Shown piece after piece: positions 11,118 to 19,159 of a DNA stretch of 32,000 bases; positions within the stretch are counted from its first letter, which is position 1; each line of letters begins with the position of its first letter. The DNA comes from an uncultured Planctomycetia bacterium. GTDB lineage: Bacteria > Omnitrophota > Gorgyraeia > Duberdicusellales > 4484-171. Position numbers and translations under genes: made by a program. The stretch covers positions 15,093 through 47,092 of the forward strand of contig CAZHYN010000012.1 of NCBI GenBank assembly GCA_964536865.1, written 5' to 3'. Under the pieces are notes generated by a model. The model searched no databases and was not told where the DNA came from. It worked only from the letters and a program-made list of their open reading frames with translations.

Positions 11118-11999
11118 TCATTTTATCAATTTGTATCTTTTAAGAATCTCTTTTAATTTTTCTAAGTTATTCTGACTCATTTCACATAAAGGTAATCTTA
11201 AAGTAGGATTAATCAACCTCATAAGTCCTAAGGCTCTCTTTACCGGAATCGGGTTTGTCTCTATAAATAAAGCTTTAATTAAATCGTAAAGATAAAGTTG
11301 AAGTTTTTTTGCTTTCTCATAATCTCCTTTCAGGAAACTATCTATTAACTTGTGCATTTTGCGAGGCATTATATTTGCCACTACAGAGATTACCCCTTTT
11401 CCTCCTACAGATAAAATAGGCAAAGTTATCTCATCACTTCCAGATAAAAGAACAAATTTTCTCTCCACCAGGCTCATAAGACGCGTAATTTGATCTAAAT
11501 TGCCACTTGCTTCTTTTATTCCTATAATATTTTTACAATCTTTATATAATCTTGCTACAGTTTGAGGCAGTATATTTACACCTGTGCGTGAGGGAACATT
11601 ATAAATAATTAAGGGAATTTTAACAGAATTGGCAACCTTTTTATAGTGCTGGTATAAACCTTCCTGAGTGGGCTTGTTATAATAAGGAGTAATAACTAAA
11701 ATTGCATCTGCACCTACTTTTTTAGAAAACTGAGCTAACTCTAATGCTTCACTTGTAGAATTAGAACCTGCCCCAGCAATAATAGGGATTCTTCCTTTTG
11801 CCTCCTCAACCGCTATCTTTATCACTTCCTTATGCTCTTTATGCGTTAAAGTCGCACTTTCTCCAGTAGTTCCACAGACAAGTATGGCATCGGATTTGTT
11901 TTTTATATGCCAATTAATTAAAAAACGCAGGCACCTCTCATCAATACCTCCATCTTCTTTAAAAGGAGTAACTAATGCAGGAATACTACCTTTAAACAC
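11118..11999 (-). CDS. dapA: 4-hydroxy-tetrahydrodipicolinate synthase
   Basis: ALVTPF, GTTGESATLTHKEH, YNVPSRTG and GIKEASGN (Schiff-base Lys). The track start (GTG 12008) lies inside the AAGGAGGTG Shine-Dalgarno. The next in-frame GTG at 11999, 9 nt after AAGGAG, is the likelier start. Confidence 0.92.
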   Translation of the reverse strand: MFKGSIPALVTPFKEDGGIDERCLRFLINWHIKNKSDAILVCGTTGESATLTHKEHKEVIKIAVEEAKGRIPIIAGAGSNSTSEALELAQFSKKVGADAILVITPYYNKPTQEGLYQHYKKVANSVKIPLIIYNVPSRTGVNILPQTVARLYKDCKNIIGIKEASGNLDQITRLMSLVERKFVLLSGSDEITLPILSVGGKGVISVVANIMPRKMHKLIDSFLKGDYEKAKKLQLYLYDLIKALFIETNPIPVKRALGLMRLINPTLRLPLCEMSQNNLEKLKEILKRYKLIK

Positions 12000-12012
12000 A
12001 AAAACCACCTCC

Positions 12013-12804
12013 TTAAATTAACTTTCCCTCATATAAATAACAAACTTTCCCCTCAAACCAGACATTATTTATTTTACTATTCTCTTTTTTAAAATAGACC
12101 TTTAGAATCTCGCCACTTTTTGTCAAAACTTCCACTATTTTTTCTCCATTATACTTTAAACCAAAAATAATTGCGGAAGCTGTAACCCCTGTTCCACAGG
12201 AAAGTGTTTCTTTCTCTACTCCTCGCTCATAAGTCCTTACTTTTATCTTTCCTTTATGAATAATCTCTACAAAATCAACATTTGTTCCCCAAGGCGCAAA
12301 TCTTTTATGAAAGCGAATTTTTCTGCCTATTTCTTCTACATCAATTCTATCTAAACTCTTCACAAATAAAACTGTATGAGGTACTCCTGTATTTATATAA
12401 CTTGCCTGCCACCTCTTCTTTAAAATTTTAAAAGATATATTTAATTTTATATCAAAAGAGTCAATCATTTTTATCTTTACATAACAACCTCTTATATCTG
12501 CAGGTATTTTTCCTGCTTTTGTATGAAGGGTTAGTTTATTTATATTATTTTTCTTACTTATCCAGAAAGCAACACACCTTAGCCCATTCCCACACATCTC
12601 TGCCTCAGAGCCATCAAGATTAAATATTCTCATTGAAAAATTATCTTTATTTAATCTTTTAACTACTAAAAGTCCATCAGCACCGACTGACAATCTTCTT
12701 ACACATAATTTTTTTGCCAACTTTTTAAGATAAGTAGTAGAATAAAGTTTATCTTCGATTAAAATAAAATCATTTCCTGAGGCTTGCAATTTATAAAACC
12801 TCAT
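12013..12804 (-). CDS. dapF: Diaminopimelate epimerase
   Basis: 263 aa with SGNDFILIED and both catalytic Cys motifs (MCGNGLRC, SCGTGVTA). AAGGAG lies 7 nt upstream, and the start is inside the lysA 3' end (14-nt overlap). Confidence 0.9.
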   Translation of the reverse strand: MRFYKLQASGNDFILIEDKLYSTTYLKKLAKKLCVRRLSVGADGLLVVKRLNKDNFSMRIFNLDGSEAEMCGNGLRCVAFWISKKNNINKLTLHTKAGKIPADIRGCYVKIKMIDSFDIKLNISFKILKKRWQASYINTGVPHTVLFVKSLDRIDVEEIGRKIRFHKRFAPWGTNVDFVEIIHKGKIKVRTYERGVEKETLSCGTGVTASAIIFGLKYNGEKIVEVLTKSGEILKVYFKKENSKINNVWFEGKVCYLYEGKLI

Positions 12805-14059
12805 TAATTTTCTCCTTTCTAATTAAATCATTATAAGTTTCTCTTTCTCTTATCAAAAAAACTTTATCTTTATCTACCAATACTTCCCCAGCTCGTGGAC
12901 GGGAATTATAATTAGAGCTCATACTAAACCCATAAGCACCGCATCCTAAAATCGCCAAATAATCTTTTTCCTCCACGTTCAATTTTCTATCCTTACCTAA
13001 AAAATCTGAAGTTTCACAAATCGATCCCACAACATCTGCTTTCTTTTTAATCTGTAATCTGTAATTTGCAATCTGTAATTTTCTTACGGGAACAATCTTG
13101 TGATACCCTCCATATAATGCTGGTCTTATCAAATCATTCATTGCTGCATCTACAATAATAAACCTTTTAAAAGGGGTATCTTTTATATAAAGAACCTGAG
13201 TTAATAAAACCCCAGCATTTCCCACAATGAATCTGCCCGGCTCTAAGATTATTTTAAGACCTGTTTCTTTAAGCAAAGGCAAAACCTTTTTAGCAAACTC
13301 TTCTGCTGTCTGAGGTCTTTCCCGGTTATAAACTATACCTAAACCTCCTCCAATATTAAAATAACGCAGATTTATTTTTGCCTTTTTTGCCTCCTCTATT
13401 AAAGGTAAGGTTTTTTTTATCGCTTTAATGAAAGGGGTACTTTTTGTGATTTGTGAACCGATATGAATATGTAATCCAGAGATATTTATGTAAGGAAAAT
13501 TGCTCCTTAAGGAAAAAATTTTTTTTGCTGTCTTTATATCTATACCAAACTTTGTCTCTTTTTCTGCGGTGGTAATATATTTATGAGTAAACGTCTTAAT
13601 ATCAGGATTAATTCTTAAAGCTACGTCAACTTTCTTTTTTTTCTCTTGCGCAATCAAATTAATCCTTATAAGTTCTCTTTCTGACTCTACATTAAAAAGT
13701 AAAATTCTGTAATCAATAGCCTCTTTTATCTCTTCCTCTTTTTTTCCTACCGAAGCATAAACAATTTTTTTGGGGGGACAATTTATAACCCTTGCTCTGA
13801 AAAGTTCACCTCCCGAGACAATATCTAATCCCCCACCTTCTTTTACCAAAAGCTTTAAAATAGAAAGATTAGAATTTGCTTTTAGTGAATAACAAATTAA
13901 AGGATGAATTTCAGAAAACGCTTTTTTTATCTTATAAAAATGTTCCAAAATTGTTTTTTTACTATATACATAAAGAGGGGTGCCAAATTTTTTTGCTAAG
14001 AAAGATAAAGGAACCTCCTCACAATAAAGTTCTTTTTTTTGATAAGAAAAATAATGCAT
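12791..14059 (-). CDS. lysA: Diaminopimelate decarboxylase
   Basis: 422 aa with GTPLYVY, YSLKANSN (PLP Lys), HIHIGSQ, GGGLGI, EPGRFIVG and CETSDFL. Confidence 0.93.
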   Translation of the reverse strand: MHYFSYQKKELYCEEVPLSFLAKKFGTPLYVYSKKTILEHFYKIKKAFSEIHPLICYSLKANSNLSILKLLVKEGGGLDIVSGGELFRARVINCPPKKIVYASVGKKEEEIKEAIDYRILLFNVESERELIRINLIAQEKKKKVDVALRINPDIKTFTHKYITTAEKETKFGIDIKTAKKIFSLRSNFPYINISGLHIHIGSQITKSTPFIKAIKKTLPLIEEAKKAKINLRYFNIGGGLGIVYNRERPQTAEEFAKKVLPLLKETGLKIILEPGRFIVGNAGVLLTQVLYIKDTPFKRFIIVDAAMNDLIRPALYGGYHKIVPVRKLQIANYRLQIKKKADVVGSICETSDFLGKDRKLNVEEKDYLAILGCGAYGFSMSSNYNSRPRAGEVLVDKDKVFLIRERETYNDLIRKEKINEVL

Positions 14060-15364
14060 CTATAGAGGCAGTAACTTCTTAATAACTTCTCTGTTTAATT
14101 TTTTATTAAACTTTTGAAGGATTTTATCAGGAATTTTTTCCAAATTAATTTTATTCTCCTTGCAATACTTTACAAGTTGCGCAACACTTTCATATGCTGA
14201 AGAAAAAGGCACACCTTGATAGACTAAATATTCTACTATTTTAGAAGCGTATAAAAAATCTTTTTTTTCTTTTTCAATCTTTTCTTTATTCAATTTTATC
14301 TTCTTTACAAATTTCGCCATAATTTTAATTTCATCTTTTAAAATTTGGGTTGAAGAAAATAAAGGTAATTTATTAACTTGCATATCCCGATTATAAGATA
14401 AAGGTAATCCTTTCATAGTAATTAATAAAGATATTAAAGCAGAAAAAACTGGTCCTGAAAACCCCCTTACTAATTCCAAAAAATCAGGATTTTTTTTATG
14501 AGGAAGGAGAGAAGAGCCTGTGCAGAATTCTTCAGGTAAAATAAAAAAATTAAACTCTTCAGTAGAGTAAAGGATAAAATCTTCACAAATTCTTGATAAA
14601 TGTATCTGTAAAATTGATAAAATGCTTAGGAATTCTATCAGAAAATCTCTATCGGAAACATTATCTAAGGGATTAGAATAAGGTTTAACTTTTTTGAAAT
14701 TTTTAAAAATCTCTTTTTTTAAAACCTTCCTATATGCTTCTTTTAAAGAGGAGCCGGCACCTGCTCCACTTCCTATGTAAACAGTTAAATCTTTTGCAAA
14801 ATTTGTAAATCGGTTTAAATCACGCAGAAACATCTCTTTAAATGCACCGATATAATCATAAAAAGGGATAATTTGGGCACGTCTTAAGTGCGTATAACCG
14901 ATAAAATCTATATCTTTATATTTTTTTCTTAAAAACTCTAAAGAAACCAAAAGTTTTCTTAAAAGATTTCTGATATCTTCTGCATTCTCATAACAGTAAA
15001 ATTTCTCATCAAAAGCAATCTGATCATTCCGGGAACGCAAAGTATGTAATTTTTTAGCTACTTCTCCTGCTTTTTTCTCTACTTTTTTTTGAATATCGGT
15101 GTGAATATCTTCACAATTTTTTTGAATCTTAAACTTTTCTTTCTTGATGTCTTCTAAAATCTCCTCTAAAGCTTCTTTAAGCTTTTGATATTCCTTTTTA
15201 TTTAAAATCTTCTCCTCATATAAAGCTTCTATATGAATTAGAGAATGATAAATATCGTATTTGGCTAATTTATAATCATACTCAATTGACTTCTCAAACT
15301 CAAAAAAGTCTTTATCTGGCTTCTTCTTAAATTGTGCTCCCCAAAATTTTTTAAATTCCTTCAT
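14060..15364 (-). CDS. argH: Argininosuccinate lyase
   Basis: Fumarate-lyase signature GSSLLPHKKNPDFLE and N-terminus MKEFKKFWGAQF (compare the usual M..LWGGRF). The track start at 15391 is TTG; I use ATG 15364. The stop abuts the lysA start. Confidence 0.85.
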   Translation of the reverse strand: MKEFKKFWGAQFKKKPDKDFFEFEKSIEYDYKLAKYDIYHSLIHIEALYEEKILNKKEYQKLKEALEEILEDIKKEKFKIQKNCEDIHTDIQKKVEKKAGEVAKKLHTLRSRNDQIAFDEKFYCYENAEDIRNLLRKLLVSLEFLRKKYKDIDFIGYTHLRRAQIIPFYDYIGAFKEMFLRDLNRFTNFAKDLTVYIGSGAGAGSSLKEAYRKVLKKEIFKNFKKVKPYSNPLDNVSDRDFLIEFLSILSILQIHLSRICEDFILYSTEEFNFFILPEEFCTGSSLLPHKKNPDFLELVRGFSGPVFSALISLLITMKGLPLSYNRDMQVNKLPLFSSTQILKDEIKIMAKFVKKIKLNKEKIEKEKKDFLYASKIVEYLVYQGVPFSSAYESVAQLVKYCKENKINLEKIPDKILQKFNKKLNREVIKKLLPL

Positions 15365-15371
15365 CACAATA

Positions 15372-15399
15372 ATTATATTATATCCTTCCAAATTATCAA
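15372..15399 (-). promoter_or_regulatory. Candidate promoter immediately upstream of argH
   Basis: Minus strand: TTGATA (15399-15394), 16 nt, TATAAT (15377-15372), then 7 nt to the argH ATG (15364). Confidence 0.35.
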
Positions 15400-15486
15400 A
15401 ATATATTTAATTATAATAAAATTTCCGACAGTTTCTCCTTAGAAAGAAAAAAGAAGGCAGGAATCTAAATTATGTTATTTCCGTGA

Positions 15487-17133
15487 TTATCTTTCTAACT
15501 TAAACTTAGCCACCATATTCTTTAATTCCATTGCTAAGTTAGCAAGTTCCTGGGCTGAAGAGGTCATCTCCTGCATGGAAGCAGTCTGCTCTTCAACACT
15601 GGAGGAAACCTCCTGGGTAGCAGAAACTGAATCCCGAGCAATACCAACAACTTCTTCTGTTGCCTTCATCATTCGCTCATTTTCCTTAACCTGTGCTTGT
15701 GTAGCTTCTGAAATCCGTTTAGTAAGGGAACTGGCTTCCTGAACAGACTTATTAATTTTAACTAAAAGCTGGGCAATCTCAGTTACCGCTTCTCTTCCTT
15801 CTTGAGCTTCTTTGTTACTTTTCTCAATTGAACCAACAGCTTGGTTAACATCAGACTGAATTGACCTGATCAAATCATCAATCTCTCTAACTGCCCTTGC
15901 TGAATTCTCAGCCAGTTTCCTTATCTCATCAGCAACTACAGCAAATCCACGACCTGCTTCTCCTGCTCGAGCTGCTTCAATCGCTGCATTTAAAGCTAAA
16001 AGGTTAGTTTGATCAGCAATTGAAGTAATTGTTTTGGTAATTTCGCTAATCTTTCCTGATCTTTCTGCCAATCCTTGTATAGTCGTAGCACTATTACCTA
16101 CGGTATCGGTAAGATAATCTATCTTCTCTGCTGTCTTTTTAGCAGATACCTGACCCCCTTCAGCCTGATTACTCGCCTCAACCACTTTTTCCGTTGCAGT
16201 CTGGGCATTATCTGCCATCTGCTTTAAGGAAGCTACAGCTTTCTCTATTATCTTTCTTGTTTCCTCTAAACGCTCAGCCTGGGTAATAGCTCCTTTATTA
16301 ATTTGCTGAATAGATGTAGATACCTCCTGAACCGAAGCATTTATTTCTTGAGTGGAAGAGGAAAGCTGCTGACTGGAGGAGGCTACTTTATCTGCAGTAG
16401 TTCGAATTTGAAAAACCATATTATGCATAGAATCAACAAGTTTATTAAAAGCCTTGCCTAACTGTCCTATTTCATCTTTAGTTTTGACAATTATCTTTTG
16501 AGTAAGATCTCCTGCCCGAGAAGCCACATCCTCTACAGCCTTGGTAACCATAGACAACGGCTTAACCAATAAAGTAGTAAAGAAAATGATAAACAAAGTT
16601 CCAATAATAACAATCATTATCCCCCCCACACTCAGACTTCTTATCAAGGCGGCGCGAGGGGCAGCTAAGAAATCATCCTCAAAAGCACTGGCAACAACAA
16701 TCCAACCAAAATCCTCAAGATATCTATAACTGGCTATTTTATAAGTATGCGTTTTGGGAGAAACAAATCTTATCCTTCCTTCTTTCTTGGTAATAATCTC
16801 TTTAATATGTGGCTTACCTGCCCAGTTCTCCCCCTGTGCTTTTTTGTGTATTAATAAGTTCCCTTTTGTATCTACTATAAAAATAAACCCTTTTTTCCCT
16901 ATAACTATATCTTTGTTGCACAGCTTCTCAATTACATCAAAATCCATGTCGGGATTGGCTTTTAAAAAGGTATAAAATTGTTGTACATAACTATCCAGGT
17001 CAGCTCTAACTGCTTCCAGAAGTGAACGTCGAGCAATGTTATAAGCAAACACCCCCACAATTAAAATAGCAGCAATCAAAAGAAAAGCAAATGTAACTAC
17101 CATCTTACTGCGCACAGAACTCATTATTCTCAT
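15487..17133 (-). CDS. Methyl-accepting chemotaxis protein (TM - Cache-like sensor - TM - HAMP - MA domain)
   Basis: 548 aa with two TM helices flanking a ~140-aa periplasmic domain of Cache-like pattern (GFIFIVDTKGNLLIH...GWIVVASA). A HAMP domain is present (PLSMVTKAVEDVA...DEIGQLGKAFNKL), as is the highly conserved signalling hairpin (IADQTNLLALNAAIEAARAGEAGRGFAVVADEIRKLAE). AAGGAGGG lies 4 nt upstream of the ATG. Confidence 0.9.
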   Translation of the reverse strand: MRIMSSVRSKMVVTFAFLLIAAILIVGVFAYNIARRSLLEAVRADLDSYVQQFYTFLKANPDMDFDVIEKLCNKDIVIGKKGFIFIVDTKGNLLIHKKAQGENWAGKPHIKEIITKKEGRIRFVSPKTHTYKIASYRYLEDFGWIVVASAFEDDFLAAPRAALIRSLSVGGIMIVIIGTLFIIFFTTLLVKPLSMVTKAVEDVASRAGDLTQKIIVKTKDEIGQLGKAFNKLVDSMHNMVFQIRTTADKVASSSQQLSSSTQEINASVQEVSTSIQQINKGAITQAERLEETRKIIEKAVASLKQMADNAQTATEKVVEASNQAEGGQVSAKKTAEKIDYLTDTVGNSATTIQGLAERSGKISEITKTITSIADQTNLLALNAAIEAARAGEAGRGFAVVADEIRKLAENSARAVREIDDLIRSIQSDVNQAVGSIEKSNKEAQEGREAVTEIAQLLVKINKSVQEASSLTKRISEATQAQVKENERMMKATEEVVGIARDSVSATQEVSSSVEEQTASMQEMTSSAQELANLAMELKNMVAKFKLER

Positions 17134-17244
17134 AATTCCCTCCTTTCTTAATCTCTCTCTATTAATACCTTAATATAAGTAAATACCACTGAAATTCCAT
17201 GCACACCTTTGTGGATAAACTCAATATCTACCTTTTAATACAAT

Positions 17245-18942
17245 TTATAATTCTTCCTCCCCTTTTACATAACTTGCTGTGGGCAAACCTGCCTTCTTCC
17301 ATGCATTTAATCCTCCGCGGATATAAGTTACATTTTTATAGCCCATCTCTTTTAATACCTTAGCAGTAAGAAGTGCTCTTTTTCCTGAAGAACAGGTAAC
17401 GATTATTGGCGTTCGAGCATCATGAACTTTCTTTTTAATATTAAAAGGGACTTTTCCCTGTTCAAGTAATAAGGAACCCTCAATTTTACCCAAAAGGGTA
17501 TGTTCTATTGGTGTAGCTACATCAAGAATAACTGTATTGGGGTCTGCATCCATTCTCTTTTTTGCCTCAAGAGGGGTTATTCCTTCCCCAGCAACCGCTT
17601 CTGCTTCTTTTAAAAATTCCTCAGGTGTTTTTCCTTGAGGTAAATCTATTTTGTAATAGTAAGGAGAAGTTACCACAGGATAGCCTGCCCCTTTCCAAGC
17701 TAATATTCCTCCCTCTAAATATCTTACATTAGTATAGCCCATCTGAACAAGATAACTGCCTGCTATGGCTGCTCTCATTCCCTTCTTACAATAGGTTATA
17801 ATGGGAATATTTTTATTGGGAATCCTTGCTCTTACATCAAAAATCAATCTACCCAGAGATATATCCAGACTTCCTTCAATAAACCCATCTTTATACTCTG
17901 AGCGTCTGCGCACATCTACAAAAATAGCCTCTTTATTATCAAATTTTCTCTTTGCCTCTTCTGGAGAGATACCCCTAACATATCTTTTAGCTTCATTGCC
18001 GAAATCTTGGCCCGTTTTGCCTTGAGGAGGTTCAATTTGAAGAAAATTTAGGGGCTTAATTTTTCTTTCCTGAGTAAGTTGGTATTTTTCTAAAGGCAAG
18101 CCTGCCTTCTTATATGCATCTAATCCTCCCCGGATATAAGTTACATTTTTATAACCCATCTCTTTTAATACCTTAGCAATGAGAAGTCCTCTTTTACCTT
18201 TTGTACAGGTAGTAATTATGGGAGTATTGGCATCAGGAAAATTTTTCTTCATAAAATCTGTAAAAACAATCTCTCCATAAGAAGTAATCACAGCTCCAGG
18301 AATTTTAAAACCTCTTATAGCATGCTCTCTCCTTGTAGCTACATCAAGAATAACTGTATTGGGCTCTATATCCATTCTCTTTTTTGCCTCAAGAGGGGTT
18401 ATTCCTTCACCCACAACCACTTCTGCTTCTTTTAAAAATTCCTCAGGCGTTTTTCCCTGAGGCATATCAATTGTTCCCACAAGAGATGAATACATAACAG
18501 GATAACCTGCTCTTTTCCAGACTAATATTCCTCCCTCTAAATATCTTACATTAGTATAGCCCATCTCGACTAACTGTCCGGCAGCTATCGCTGCCCTCTT
18601 TCCTTTTTTACAATAGGTTATAATAGGTGTATCCTTATGGGGAATTCTGGAGCGGGCATCAAAAATTAATCTTCCTGCAGGTAAATCCAGCCTTCGCAAT
18701 AAATAGCCGTACTTAGCATACTCAGTATAAGGTCTTACATCAACAAAGATAGTAGCTCTGTCTCTGTCATATATCTCTTTTGCTTCCTCTGGAGAGATAC
18801 CCCTAACATATCTTTTAGCTTCATTAACATAATCGCTTCCTGACTTCCCTCGTGGTATTTCTATCTGGGCAAATAAGGAAATTGAGAAAAAACAAAGTGT
18901 AGCAATAATTAAACTGCTTAACACTATCCTTATCCTTCGCAT
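17245..18942 (-). CDS. Secreted protein with four rhodanese (sulfurtransferase) domains
   Basis: 565 aa with signal peptide MRRIRIVLSSLIIATLCFFSISLFAQ. Four rhodanese-like modules each carry a Cys loop (YCKKGKRAA, TCTKGKRGL, YCKKGMRAA, TCSSGKRAL) followed by GY.NV.YL/I.GG. AAGGAGGTGA lies upstream of the ATG. Confidence 0.85.
   Translation of the reverse strand: MRRIRIVLSSLIIATLCFFSISLFAQIEIPRGKSGSDYVNEAKRYVRGISPEEAKEIYDRDRATIFVDVRPYTEYAKYGYLLRRLDLPAGRLIFDARSRIPHKDTPIITYCKKGKRAAIAAGQLVEMGYTNVRYLEGGILVWKRAGYPVMYSSLVGTIDMPQGKTPEEFLKEAEVVVGEGITPLEAKKRMDIEPNTVILDVATRREHAIRGFKIPGAVITSYGEIVFTDFMKKNFPDANTPIITTCTKGKRGLLIAKVLKEMGYKNVTYIRGGLDAYKKAGLPLEKYQLTQERKIKPLNFLQIEPPQGKTGQDFGNEAKRYVRGISPEEAKRKFDNKEAIFVDVRRRSEYKDGFIEGSLDISLGRLIFDVRARIPNKNIPIITYCKKGMRAAIAGSYLVQMGYTNVRYLEGGILAWKGAGYPVVTSPYYYKIDLPQGKTPEEFLKEAEAVAGEGITPLEAKKRMDADPNTVILDVATPIEHTLLGKIEGSLLLEQGKVPFNIKKKVHDARTPIIVTCSSGKRALLTAKVLKEMGYKNVTYIRGGLNAWKKAGLPTASYVKGEEEL
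17250..18870 (-). repeat. Intragenic tandem duplication (2 units of about 0.82 kb) inside the rhodanese gene
   Basis: The copy offset is 813-828 nt depending on position. Identical runs include 17548-17586 = 18370-18408 (39 nt) and 17960-17997 = 18788-18825 (38 nt), interspersed with diverged stretches. Confidence 0.9.
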
Positions 18943-19018
18943 CCTTCACCTCCTTCTTTAATTAATTAATTAGAATAATATAAACTTCCCTCTTCTTTTA
19001 CCTTAACCTCTTAAAGAG

Positions 19019-19048
19019 ATTATATCCTCTCCTCCCTGTAACTGTCAA
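19019..19048 (-). promoter_or_regulatory. Sigma-70-type promoter of the rhodanese gene
   Basis: Minus strand: TTGACA (19048-19043), 18 nt, TATAAT (19024-19019), about 75 nt upstream of the ATG at 18942. Confidence 0.5.
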
Positions 19049-19159
19049 CAGAAATTTTATTACTGTTAAGCCAATTTAAAAATGTCAGGGTTTTTGCCCA
19101 TCAGTCTGCCTGTGACATTTCACAAGACACAAATATGAAGTTAAAGATAGGAGATTTAA

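Noticed and set aside
17210-17218. Perfect DnaA-box 9-mer (TGTGGATAA = reverse complement of TTATCCACA) between the rhodanese gene and the MCP gene.
   Set aside because: It is a single isolated copy. One chance occurrence of a 9-mer in 64 kb of two-strand AT-rich sequence is not surprising, and there is no cluster.
15415-19061. Inverted repeat flanking the MCP-rhodanese module: AATAAAATTTCCGACAG (15415-15431) versus the reverse complement of 19042-19061 (AATAAAATTTCTGTTGACAG).
   Set aside because: Only 11 contiguous identical, AT-rich nucleotides plus GACAG. The expected number of chance matches between the two flanks is of order 0.1-1. The right copy is simply the -35 region of the rhodanese promoter, and no transposase or target-site duplication is present.
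19080-19120. Hairpin AAATGTCA-25 nt-TGACATTT downstream of the argG stop, as an intrinsic terminator.
   Set aside because: The stem is 8 bp and AT-rich with a 25-nt loop, and the U-tract is interrupted on the coding strand. It is too weak to call and may still contribute to the argG 3' end.
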